Positions 1 to 12,000 of a DNA stretch of 64,000 nt are shown here, in pieces. Each line of letters begins with the position of its first letter. Position 1 is the stretch's first letter. The notes under the pieces are model-generated. The model had not been told where the DNA came from. It searched no databases and saw nothing but the letters and a program-made list of their open reading frames with translations. Source of the DNA: the human T2T-CHM13v2.0 reference genome, Homo sapiens; NCBI RefSeq assembly GCF_009914755.1, contig NC_060947.1; one strand, written 5' to 3'. The position numbers were made by a program, and so were the translations under genes.

Positions 1-191
1 TAGTTTTTATGTGAAGATATTTCCTTTTCCACCACAGGCCTCAAAGCCCTCCAAACGTCCACTTGCAGATTCTCGAAAAAGAGTGTTTCATAGCTGCTCT
101 TTCAAAAGGAAAGTTCAACTCTGGGAGTTGAATACAAACATCACAAAGTAGTTTCCGAGAATGCTTCTGTTTAGTTCTTATGTGAAGATGA

Positions 192-208
192 TCCCGTTTC
201 CAGTGAAA
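192..208 (-). other. Degenerate CENP-B-box-like site (similar sites near 363-379 and 1398-1414), fixed in the HOR
   Basis: TCCCGTTTCCAGTGAAA, AGACGTTTCAAACGAAG and TCCCGTTTCCAAAGAAA each fail the 9-nt core. Confidence 0.8.
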
Positions 209-1040
209 TCTTCAAAGAGGTCCACATATCCCCTTGCAGATTCCAAAGAAAGAGGGTTTCAAACCTGCTCCATCAAAAGGATTGTTCAACTCTGTGAGTT
301 GAATGCAGTCATCACAGAAAACTTTCTGAGAATGCTTCTGTCTAGGTTTGATGTGAAGATATAGACGTTTCAAACGAAGGATAAAAAGTGGTCAAAATAT
401 TCACTTGCAGATTCTACTACAAGGGTGTTGCAAACCTGAACTATCAAAGGAAGGTTCAACTCTGTGAGTTGAATACAAACATCACAAAGAATGTTCTGAG
501 TTTGCTTCCGTTCAGTTATGGGAAGTTGATCCCGTTCCCAACGAAATCCTCAGAGAGGTCCAAATATCCCCTTGCAGATTCTACAAAACGTGTGTTTGGA
601 AACTGCTCCATCATAAGGAATGTTCAGCTCTCTGAGTTAAACTCCATCGTCACAAAGAATTTTCTGAGAGTGCTACCGTCTAGTTTTTATATGAAGTTCT
701 TTCCTTTACTACCACAGGCCTCAAAGCGGTCCAAATCTCCACTTGCAGATTCTACAAAAAGAGTGTCTGCAAACTGCTCTATCAAAAGGAATGTTCAACT
801 CTGGGAGTTGAATGCAATCATCACAGAGCAGTTTCTGAGAAGGCTTCTATGTCGTTTTTAGGAAAAGATATTTCCTTTTCCAACACAGTCCTCCAAGCCC
901 GCTAAATATCCACTTGCACATTGTAGAAAAAGTGTGTCAAAGCTGCGCTATCAAAGGGAAAGTTCAACTCTGTCAGGTGAATGCAAACATCCCAAAGAAG
1001 TTTCTGAGAATGCTTCCGTTTAGCTTTTAGGTGAAGATTA

Positions 1041-1057
1041 TCCCGTTTCCAACGAAA
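1041..1057 (-). other. CENP-B box 'b' (core intact in about 29 of 31 units)
   Basis: + strand TCCCGTTTCCAACGAAA = TTTCGTTGGAAACGGGA on the minus strand, matching NTTCGNNNNANNCGGGN. Core broken in U20 (TTTGCAAAGAAA) and U23 (CCAATGAAA). Confidence 0.93.
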
Positions 1058-1086
1058 CCTTCAAAGAGGTCCAAATATCCCCTTGC

Positions 1087-1092
1087 GGATCC
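1087..1092. other. Once-per-HOR BamHI site (GGATCC), the classical 2.0-kb DXZ1 marker
   Basis: CCTTGCGGATCCCACAG in every full unit except U4 (7257 G>C) and U9 (17542 G>C). Confidence 0.9.
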
Positions 1093-1210
1093 CACAGAAA
1101 GAGTGTTTCGAAACTGCTGTTTCAAAAGGAATCTTCAACTCTGTGAGTTGAATGCAATCATCACAAAGAAGTTTCTGACAATGCTTCTCTCTCGTCTTTC
1201 TGTGAAGATA

Positions 1211-1253
1211 AAGGAAAAGGCTTTCAGGCCTTTTCCACCACAGGCCTGAAAGC
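1211..1253. repeat. Overlapping inverted repeats within the 186-bp monomer (present in every HOR)
   Basis: GGAAAAGGC (1213-1221) pairs with GCCTTTTCC (1228-1236); GCTTTCAGGCCT (1220-1231) pairs with AGGCCTGAAAGC (1242-1253). Confidence 0.9.
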
Positions 1254-1568
1254 GCTCCAAATGTCCACTTGCAGATTCTGCCAAAAGAATATTTCAAAAC
1301 TGCTCTATGAAAAGCAATGTTAAACTCTGCGGCTCGAACACAAACATCACAAAGCAGTTTCTGAGAATGCTTCAGTTTAGTTTTTCTGTGGAAATATTCC
1401 CGTTTCCAAAGAAATCTTCAAAGAGGTCCACGTATCCACTTACAGATTCTACAAAAAGACAGTTTCAAAACTGCTCCATCAAAAGGAGGGTTCAACTGTG
1501 TGACTTGAATGCAATCATCACTCAGAAGTTTCTGAGAATGCTTCTCTTTAGTTTTTACGTGAACATAT

Positions 1569-1585
1569 ACCCGTTTCGAACGAAG
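1569..1585 (-). other. CENP-B box 'd' (core intact in all 31 units as read)
   Basis: + strand ACCCGTTTCGAACGAAG retains all 9 core positions. Confidence 0.88.
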
Positions 1586-1734
1586 GCCACCCAGTGGTCC
1601 AAATATCCACTTGCAGATTCTACAGAAAGAGTGTTTCGAACCTGAACTCTCAAAGGCAGGTTCATCTCTGCGAGTTAAATGCATTCATCATGAAGAATTT
1701 CTCAGAGTGTTTGTGTTTAGTTATGGGAAATTAT

Positions 1735-1751
1735 TCCCGTTTCCAACGAAA
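1735..1751 (-). other. CENP-B box 'e' (intact here; core-mutated in most other units)
   Basis: TCCCGTTTCCAACGAAA in U1, U2, U17, U22, U23, U25, U29 and U30; TCCCGTTCCCAACGAAA or further-mutated forms elsewhere (e.g. 5849-5865). Confidence 0.88.
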
Positions 1752-2585
1752 TCCTCAGAGAGCTCCAAATATCCACCTGCAGATTCTACCAAAAGTGTAT
1801 TTGGAAACTGCTCCATCAAAAGGCATGTTCAGCTCTGTGAGTGAAACTCCATCATCACAAAGAATATTCTGAGAATGCTTCCGTTTGCCTTTTATATGAA
1901 CTTCCTTCCTGTACTACCGTAGGCCTCAAAGCAGTCCAAATCTCCATTTGCAGATTCTACAAAAAGAGTGATTCCAATCTGCTCTATCAATAGGATTGTT
2001 CAACTCCATGAGTTGAATGCCATCCTCACAATGTCGTTTCTGAGAATGCTTCTATCTAGTTTTTATGTGAAGATATTTCCTTTTCCACCACAGGCCTCAA
2101 AGCCCTCCAAACGTCCACTTGCAGATTCTCGAAAAAGAGCGTTTCATAGCTGCTCTTTCAAAAGGAAAGTTCAACTCTGGGAGTTGAATACAAACATCAC
2201 AAAGTAGTTTCCGAGAATGCTTCTGTTTAGTTTTTATGTGAAGATGATCCCGTTTCCAGTGAAATCTTCAAAGAGGTCCACATATCCCCTTGCAGATTCC
2301 AAAGAAAGAGGGTTTCAAAACTGCTCCATCAGAAGGATTGTTCAACTCTGTGAGTTGAATGCAGTCATCGCAGAAAACTTTCTGAGAATGCTTCTGTCTA
2401 GGTTTGATGTGAAGATATAGACGTTTCAAACGAAGGCTACAAAGTGGTCAAAATATACACTTGCAGATTCTACTACAAGGGTGTTGCAAACCTGAACTAT
2501 CAAAGGAAGGTTCAACTCTGTGAGTTGAATACAAACATCACAAAGAATGTTCTGAGTTTGCTTCCGTTCAGTTATGGGAAGTTGA

Positions 2586-2602
2586 TCCCGTTTCCAACGA
2601 AA
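2586..2602 (-). other. CENP-B box 'a' (intact here; core-mutated in most units, e.g. 530-546)
   Basis: TCCCGTTTCCAACGAAA in U2, U3, U4 and U9; core-intact TCCCGTTTACAACGAAA in U17, U19, U25 and U29; TCCCGTTCCC... or TCCCCTTCC... elsewhere. Confidence 0.88.
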
Positions 2603-5600
2603 TCCTCAGAGAGGTCCAAATATCCCCTTGCAGATTCTACAAAACGTGTGTTTGGAAACTGCTCCATCATAACGAATGTTCAGCTCCCTGAGTTAAACTC
2701 CATCGTCACAAAGAATTTTCTGAGAGTGCTACCGTCTGGTTTTTATATGAAGTTCTTTCCTTGACTACCACAGGCCTCAAAGCGGTCCAAATCTCCACTT
2801 GCAGATTCTACAAAAAGAGTGTTTGCAAACTGCTCTATCAAAAGGAATGTTCAACTCTGGGAGTTGAATGCAATCATCACAGAGCAGTTTCTGAGAATGC
2901 TTCTATGTCATTTTTAGGAGAAGATATTTCCTTTTCCAACACAGTCCTCCAAGCCCGCTAAATAGCCACTTGCACATTGTAGAAAAAGTGTGTCAAAGCT
3001 GCGCTATCAAAGGGAAAGTTCAACTCTGTGAGGTGAATGCAAACATCCCAAAGAAGTTTCTGAGAGTGCTTCCGTTTAGCTTTTAGGTGAAGATTATCCC
3101 GTTTCCAACGAAATCTTCAAAGAGGTCCAAATATCCCCTTGCGGATCCCACAGAAAGAGTGTTTCGAAACTGCTGTTTCAAAAGGAATCTTCAACTCTGT
3201 GAGTTGAATGCAATCATCACAAAGAAGTTTCTGACAATGCTTCTCTCTCGTCTTTCTGTGAAGATAAAGGAAAAGGCTTTAAGGCCTTTTCCACCACAGG
3301 CCTGAAAGCGCTCCAAATGTCCACTTGCAGATTCTGCCAAAAGAATATTTCAAAACTGCTCTATGAAAAGCAATGTTAAACTCTGCGGCTCGAACACAAA
3401 CATCACAAAGCAGTTTCTGAGAATGCTTCAGTTTAGTTTTTCTGTGGAAATATTCCCGTTTCCAAAGAAATCTTCAAAGAGGTCCACGTATCCACTTACA
3501 GATTCTACAAAAAGACAGTTTCAAAACTGCTCCATCAAAAGGAGGGTTCAACTGTGTGACTTGAATGCAATCATCACTCAGAAGTTTCTGAGAATGCTTC
3601 TCTTTAGTTTTTACGTGAACATATACCCGTTTCGAACGAAGGCCACCCAGTGGTCCAAATATCCACTTGCAGATTCTACAGAAAGAGTGTTTCGAACCTG
3701 AACTCTCAAAGGCAGGTTCATCTCTGCGAGTTAAATGCATTCATCATGAAGAACTTTCTCAGAGTGTTTGTGTTTAGTTATGGGAAATTATTCCCGTTTC
3801 CAACGAAATCCTCAGAGAGCTCCAAATATCCACCTGCAGATTCTACCAAAAGTGTATTTGGAAACTGCTCCATCAAAAGGCATGTTCAGCTCTGTGAGTG
3901 AAACTCCATCATCACAAAGAATATTCTGAGAATGCATCCGTTTGCCTTTTATATGAACTTCCTTCCTGTACCACCGTAGGCCTCAAAGCAGTCCAAATCT
4001 CCATTTGCAGATTCTACAAAAAGAGTGATTCCAATCTGCTCTATCAATAGGATTGTTCAACTCCATGAGTTGAATGCCATCCTCACAAAGTCGTTTCTGA
4101 GAATGCTTCTATCTGGTTTTTGTGTGAAGATATTTCCTTTTCCACCACAGGCCTCAAAGCCCTCCAAACGTCCACTTGCAGATTCTCGAAAAAGAGTGTT
4201 TCATAGCTGCTCTTTCAAAAGGAAAGTTCAACTCTGGGAGTTGAATACAAACATCACAAAATAGTTTCCGAGAATGCTTTTGTTTAGTTTTTATGTGAAG
4301 ATGATCCCGTTTCCAGTGAAATCTTCAAAGAGGTCCACATATCCCCTTGCAGATTCCAAAGAAAGAGGGTTTCAAAACTGCTCCATCAAAAGGATTCTTC
4401 AACTCTGTGAGTTGAATGCAGTCATCGCAGAAAACTTTCTGAGAATGCTTCTGTCTAGGTTTGATGTGAAGATATAGACGTTTCAAACGAAGGCTACAAA
4501 GTGGTCAAAATATACACCTGCAGATTCTACTACAAGGGTGTTGCCAACCTGAACTATCAAAGGAAGGTTCAACTCTGTGAGTTGAATACAAACATCACAA
4601 AGAATGTTCTGAGTTTGCTTCCGTTCAGTTATGGGAAGTTGATCCCGTTTCCAACGAAATCCTCAGAGAGGTCCAAATATCCCCTCGCAGATTCTACAAA
4701 ACGTGTGTTTGGAAACTGCTCCATCATAACGAATGTTCAGCTCCCTGAGTTAAACTCCATCGTCACAAAGAATTTTCTGAGAGTGCTACCGTCTGGTTTT
4801 TATATGAAGTTCTTTCCTTCACTACCACAGGCCTCAAAGCGGTCCAAATCTCCACTTGCAGATTCTACAAAAAGAGTGTTTGCAAACTGCTCTATCAAAA
4901 GGAATGTTCAACTCTGGGAGTTGAATGCAATCATCACAGAGCAGTTTCTGAGAATGCTTCTATGTCGTTTTTAGGAGAAGATATTTCCTTTTCCAACACA
5001 GTCCTCCAAGCCCGCTAAATAGCCACTTGCACATTGTAGAAAAAGTGTGTCAAAGCTGCGCTATCAAAGGGAAAGTTCAACTCTGTGAGGTGAATGCAAA
5101 CATCCCAAAGAAGTTTCTGAGAATGCTTCCGTTTAGCTTTTAGGTGAAGATTATCCCGTTTCCAACGAAACCTTCAAAGAGGTCCAAATATCCCCTTGCG
5201 GATCCCACAGAAAGAGTGTTTCGAAACTGCTGTTTCAAAAGGAATCTTCAACTCTGTGAGTTGAATGCAATCATCACAAAGAAGTTTCTGACAATCCTTC
5301 TCTCTCGTCTTTCTGTGAAGATAAAGGAAAAGGCTTTCAGGCCTTTTCCACCACAGGCCTGAAAGCGCTCCAAATGTCCACTTGCAGATTCTGCCAAAAG
5401 AATATTTCAAAACTGCTCTATGAAAAGCAATGTTAAACTCTGTGGCTCGAACACAAACATCACAAAGCAGTTTCTGAGAATGCTTCAGTTTAGTTTTTCT
5501 GTGGAAATATTCCCGTTTCCAAAGAAATCTTCAAAGAGGTCCACGTATCCACTTACAGATTCTACAAAAAGACAGTTTCAAAACTGCTCAATCAAAAGGA

Positions 5601-6097
5601 GGGTTCAACTGTGTGACTTGAATGCAATCATCACTCAGAAGTTTCTGAGAATGCTTCTCTTTAGTTTTTACGTGAACATATACCCGTTTCGAACGAAGGC
5701 CAGCCAGTGGTCCAAATATCCACTTGCAGATTCTACAGAAAGAGTGTTTCGAACCTGAACTCTCAAAGGCAGGTTCATCTCTGCGAGTTAAATGCATTCA
5801 TCATGAAGAACTTTCTCAGCGTGTTTGTGTTTAGTTATGGGAAATTATTCCCGTTCCCAACGAAATCCTCAGAGAGGTCCAAATGTCCACCTGCAGATTC
5901 TACCAAAAGTGTATTTGGAAACTGCTCCATCAACAGGCATGTTCAGCTCTGTGAGTGAAACTCCGTCATCACAAAGAATATTCTGAGAATGCTTCCGTTT
6001 GCCTTTTATATGAAGTTCCTTCCTATACGACCGTAGGCCTCAAAGCAGTCCAAATCTCCATTTGCAGATTCTACAAAAAGAGTGATTCCAATCTGCT

Positions 6098-9000
6098 GTA
6101 TCAATAGGATTGTTCAACTCCATGAGTTGAATGCCATCCTCACAAAATCGTTTCTGAGAATGCTTCTATCTAGTTTTTATGTGAAGATATTTCCTTTTCC
6201 ACCACAGGCCTCAAAGCCCTCCAAACGTCCACTTGCAGATTCTCGAAAAAGAGTGTTTCATAGCTGCTCTTTCAAAAGGAAAGTTCAACTCTGGGAGTTG
6301 AATACAAACATCACAAAGTAGTTTCAGAGAATGCTTCTGTTTAGTTCTTATGTGAAGATTATCCCGTTTCCAGTGAAATCTTCAAAGAGGTCCACATATC
6401 CCCTTGCAGATTCCAAAGAAAGAGGGTTTCAAAACTGCTCCATCAAAAGGATTGTTCAACTCTGTGAGTTGAATGCAGTCATCGCAGAAAACTTTCTGAG
6501 AATGCTTCTGTCTAGGTTTGATGTGAAGATATAGACGTTTCAAACGAAGGCTACAAAGTGGTCAAAATATACACTTGCAGATTCTACTACAAGGGTGTTG
6601 CAAACCTGAACTATCAAAGGAAGGTTCAACTCTGTGAGTTGAATACAAACATCGCAAACAATGCTCTGAGTTTGCTTCCGTTCAGTTATGTGAAGTTGAT
6701 CCCGTTTCCAACGAAATCCTCAGAGAGGTCCAAATATCCCCTTGCAGATTCTACAAAACGTGTGTTTGGAAACTGCTCCATCATAACGAATGTTCAGCTC
6801 TCTGAGTTAAACTCCATCGTCACAAAGAATTTTCTGAGAGTGCTACCGTCTAGTTTTTATATGAAGTTCTTTCCTTTACTACCACAGGCCTCAAAGCAGT
6901 CCAAATCTCCACTTGCAGATTCTACAAAAAGAGTGTCTGCAAACTGCTCTATCAAAAGGAATGTTCAACTCTGGGAGTTGAATGCAATCATCACAGAGCA
7001 GTTTCTGAGAATGCTTCTATGTCGTTTTTAGGAGAAGATATTTCCTTTTCCAACACAGTCCTCCAAGCCCGCTAAATAGCCACTTGCACATTGTAGAAAA
7101 AGTGTGTCAAAGCTGCGCTATCAAAGGGAAAGTTCAACTCTGTGAGGTGAATGCAAACATCCCAAAGAAGTTTCTGAGAATGCTTCCGTTTAGCTTTTAG
7201 GTGAAGATTATCCCGTTTCCAACGAAATCTTCAAAGAGGTCCAAATATCCCCTTGCCGATCCCACAGAAAGAGTGTTTCGAAACTGCTGTTTCAAAAGGA
7301 ATCTTCAACTCTGTGAGTTGAATGCAATCATCACAAAGAAGTTTCTGACAATGCTTCTCTCTCGTCTTTCTGTGAAGATAAAGGAAAAGGCTTTCAGGCC
7401 TTTTCCACCACAGGCCTGAAAGCGCTCCAAATGTCCACTTGCAGATTCTGCCAAAAGAATATTTCAAAACTGCTCTATGAAAAGCAATGTTAAACTCTGC
7501 GGCTCGAACACAAACATCACAAAGCAGTTTCTGAGAATGCTTCAGTTTAGTTTTTCTGTGGAAATATTCCCGTTTCCAAAGAAATCTTCAAAGAGGTCCA
7601 CGTATCCACTTACAGATTCTACAAAAAGACAGTTTCAAAACTGCTCAATCAAAAGGAGGGTTCAACTGTGTGACTTGAATGCAATCATCACTCAGAAGTT
7701 TCTGAGAATGCTTCTCTTTAGTTTTTACGTGAACATATACCCGTTTCGAACGAAGGCCACCCAGTGGTCCAAATATCCACTTGCAGATTCTACAGAAAGA
7801 GTGTTTCGAACCTGAACTCTCAAAGGCAGGTTCATCTCTGCGAGTTAAATGCATTCGTCATGAAGAACTTTCTCAGCGTGTTTGTGTTTAGTTATGGGAA
7901 ATTATTCCCGTTCCCAACGAAATCCTCAGAGAGGTCCAAATGTCCACCTGCAGATTCTACCAAAAGTGTATTTGGAAACTGCTCCATCAACAGGCATGTT
8001 CAGCTCCGTGAGTGAAACTCCATCATCACAAAGAATATTCTGAGAATGCTTCCGTTTGCCTTTTATATGAAGTTCCTTCCTATACGACCGTAGGCCTCAA
8101 AGCAGTCCAAATCTCCATTTGCAGATTCTACAAAAAGAGTGATTCCAATCTGCTCTATCAATAGGATTGTTCAACTCCATGAGTTGAATGCCATCCTCAC
8201 AAAGTCGTTTCTGAGAATGCTTCTATCTAGTTTTTATGTGAAGATATTTCCTTTTCCACCACAGGCCTCAAAGCCCTCCAAACGTCCACTTGCAGATTCT
8301 CGAAAAAGAGTGTTTCATAGCTGCTCTTTCAAAAGGAAAGTTCAACTCTGGGAGTTGAATACAAACATCACAAAGTAGTTTCCGAGAATGCTTCTGTTTA
8401 GTTCTTATGTGAAGATGATCCCGTTTCCAGTGAAATCTTCAAAGACGTCCACATATCCCCTTGCAGATTCCAAAGAAAGAGGGTTTCAAAACTGCTCCAT
8501 CAAAAGGATTGTTCAACTCTGTGAGTTGAATGCAGTCATCGCAGAAAACTTTCTGAGAATGCTTCTGTCTAGGTTTGATGTGAAGATATAGACGTTTCAA
8601 ACGAAGGCTACAAAGTGGTCAAAATATACACTTGCAGATTCTACTACAAGGGTGTTGCAAACCTGAACTATCAAAGGAAGGTTCAACTCTGTGAGTTGAA
8701 TACAAACATCGCAAAGAATGCTCTGAGTTTGCTTCCGTTCAGTTATGGGAAGTTGATCCCGTTCCCAACGAAATCCTCAGAGAGGTCCAAATATCCCCTT
8801 GCAGATTCTACAAAACGTGTGTTTGGAAACTGCTCCATCATAACGAATGTTCAGCTCTCTGAGTTAAACTCCATCGTCACAAAGAATTTTCTGAGAGTGC
8901 TACCGTCTAGTTTTTATATGAAGTTCTTTCCTTTACTACCACAGGCCTCAAAGCAGTCCAAATCTCCACTTGCAGATTCTACAAAAAGAGTGTCTGCAAA

Positions 9001-12000
9001 CTGCTCTATCAAAAGGAATGTTCAACTCTGGGAGTTGAATGCAATCATCACAGAGCAGTTTCTGAGAATGCTTCTATGTCGTTTTTAGGAGAAGATATTT
9101 CCTTTTCCAACACAGTCCTCCAAGCCCGCTAAATATCCACTTGCACATTGTAGAAAAAGTGTGTCAAAGCTGCGCTATCAAAGGGAAAGTTCAACTCTGT
9201 GAGGTGAATGCAAACATCCCAAAGAAGTTTCGGAGAATGCTTCCGTTTAGCTTTTAGGTGAAGATTATCCCGTTTCCAACGAAATCTTCAAAGAGGTCCA
9301 AATATCCCCTTGCGGATCCCACAGAAAGAGTGTTTCGAAACTGCTGTTTCAAAAGGAATCTTCAACTCTGTGAGTTGAATGCAATCATCACAAAGAAGTT
9401 TCTGACAATGCTTCTCTCTCGTCTTTCTGTGAAGATAAAGGAAAAGGCTTTCAGGCCTTTTCCACCACAGGCCTGAAAGCGCTCCAAATGTCCACTTGCA
9501 GATTCTGCCAAAAGAATATTTCAAAACTGCTCTATGAAAAGCAATGTTAAACTCTGCGGCTCGAACACAAACATCACAAAGCAGTTTCTGAGAATGCTTC
9601 AGTTTAGTTTTTCTGTGGAAATATTCCCGTTTCCAAAGAAATCTTCAAAGAGGTCCACGTATTCACTTACAGATTCTACAAAAAGACAGTTTCAAAACTG
9701 CTCAATCAAAAGGAGGGTTCAACTGTGTGACTTGAATGCAATCATCACTCAGAAGTTTCTGAGAATGCTTCTCTTTAGTTTTAACGTGAACATATACCCG
9801 TTTCGAACGAAGGCCACCCAGTGGTCCAAATATCCACTTGCAGATTCTACAGAAAGAGTGTTTCGAACCTGAACTCTCAAAGGCAGGTTCATCTCTGCGA
9901 GTTAAATGCATTCGTCATGAAGAACTTTCTCAGCGTGTTTGTGTTTAGTTATGGGAAATTATTCCCGTTCCCAACGAATTCCTCAGAGAGGTCCAAATGT
10001 CCACCTGCAGATTCTACCAAAAGTGTATTTGGAAACTGCTCCATCAACAGGCATGTTCAGCTCTGTGAGTGAAACTCCATCATCACAAAGAATATTCTGA
10101 GAATGCTTCCGTTTGCCTTTTATATGAAGTTCCTTCCTATACGACCGTAGGCCTCAAAGCAGTCCAAATCTCCATTTGCAGATTCTACAAAAAGAGTGAT
10201 TCCAATCTGCTCTATCAATAGGATTGTTCAACTCCATGAGTTGAATGCCATCCTCACAAAGTCGTTTCTGAGAATGCTTCTATCTAGTTTTTATGTGAAG
10301 ATATTTCCTTTTCCACCACAGGCCTCAAAGCCCTCCAAACGTCCACTTGCAGATTCTCGAAAAAGAGTGTTTCATAGCTGCTCTTTCAAAAGGAAAGTTC
10401 AACTCTGGGAGTTGAATACAAACATCACAAAGTAGTTTCCGAGAATGCTTCTGTTTAGTTCTTATGTGAAGATGATCCCATTTCCAGTGAAATCTTCAAA
10501 GACGTCCACATATCCCCTTGCAGATTCCAAAGAAAGAGGGTTTCAAAACTGCTCCATCAAAAGGATTGTTCAACTCTGTGAGTTGAATGCAGTCATCGCA
10601 GAAAACTTTCTGAGAATGCTTCTGTCTAGGTTTGATGTGAAGATATAGACGTTTCAAACGAAGGCTACAAAGTGGTCAAAATATACACTTGCAGATTCTA
10701 CTACAAGGGTGTTGCAAACCTGAACTATCAAAGGAAGGTTCAACTCTGTGAGTTGAATCCAAACATCGCAAAGAATGCTCTGAGTTTGCTTCCGTTCAGT
10801 TATGGGAAGTTGATCCCGTTCCCAACGAAATCCTCAGAGAGGTCCAAATATCCCCTTGCAGATTCTACAAAACGTGTGTTTGGAAACTGCTCCATCATAA
10901 CGAATGTTCAGCTCTCTGAGTTAAACTCCATCGTCACAAAGAATTTTCTGAGAGTGCTACCATCTAGTTTTTATATGAAGTTCTTTCCTTGACTACCACA
11001 GGCCTCAAAGAGGTCCAAATCTCCACTTGCAGATTCTACAAAAAGAGTGTCTGCAAACTGCTCTATCAAAAGTAATGTTCAACTCTGGGAGTTGAATGCA
11101 ATCATCACAGAGCAGTTTCTGAGAATGCTTCTATGTCGTTTTTAGGAGAAGATATTTCCTTTTCCAACAGAGTCCTCCAAGCCCGCTAAATATCCAATTG
11201 CACATTGTAGAAAAAGTGTGTCAAAGCTGCGTAATCAAAGGGAAAGTTCAACTCTGTGAGGTGAATACAAACATCCCAAAGAAGTTTCTGAGAATGCTTC
11301 CGTTTAGCTTTTAGGTGAAGATTATCCCGTTTCCAACGAAATCTTCAAAGAGGTCCAAATATCCCCTTGCGGATCCCACAGAAAGAGTGTTTCGAAACTG
11401 CTGTTTCAAAAGGAATCTTCAACTCTGTGAGTTGAATGCAATCATCACAAAGAAGTTTCTGACAATGCTTCTCTCTCGTCTTTCTGTGAAGATAAAGGAA
11501 AAGTCTTTCAGGCCTTTTCCACCACAGGCCTGAAAGCGCTCCAAATGTCCACTTGCAGATTCTGCCAAAAGAATATTTCAAAACTGCTCTATGAAAAGCA
11601 ATGTTAAACTCTGCGGCTCGAACACAAACATCACAAAGCAGTTTCTGAGAATGCTTCAGTTTAGTTTTTCTGTGGAAATATTCCCGTTTCCAAAGAAATC
11701 TTCAAAGAGGTCCACGTATCCACTTACAGATTCTACAAAAAGACAGTTTCAAAACTGCTCAATCAAAAGGAGGGTTCAACTGTGTGACTTGAATGCAATC
11801 ATCACTCAGAAGTTTCTGAGAATGCTTCTCTTTAGTTTTTACATGAACATATACCCGTTTCGAACGAAGGCCACCCAGTGGTCCAAATATCCACTTGCAG
11901 ATTCTACAGAAAGAGTGTTTCGAACCTGAACTCTCAAAGGCAGGTTCATCTCTGCGAGTTAAATGCATTCGTCATGAAGAACTTTCCCAGCGTGTTTGTG

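Larger units (their letters stand above)
62..2117 (-). repeat. One representative HOR unit of 12 monomers (spacings 171,171,167,171,171,169,186,171,171,167,171,171; this copy is 1 bp short)
   Basis: CTTGCAGA-type anchors at 62, 233, 404, 571, 742, 913, 1082, 1268, 1439, 1610, 1776, 1947 and 2118. The two 167-bp monomers (GTTATGGGAA type) are 7 and 5 monomers apart, as expected from a 5+5+2 pentamer origin. Confidence 0.92.

Noticed and set aside
388-861. Recurrent 157-aa ORF and the other 66-166-aa ORFs on both strands
   Set aside because: They are translations of 171-bp (57-codon) monomers, so motifs such as PLADSTKR repeat. Many start at GTG or TTG, stops come and go at random (e.g. 44047, 47433, ~53725), and there is no recognisable domain or gene context.
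1105-1870. Short palindromes GTTTCGAAAC (1105-1114), CTCAGAA-GT-TTCTGAG (1521-1536) and AGAATATTCT (1861-1870)
   Set aside because: Short dyads of this kind are generic in alpha satellite and too weak to claim a specific structure or terminator.
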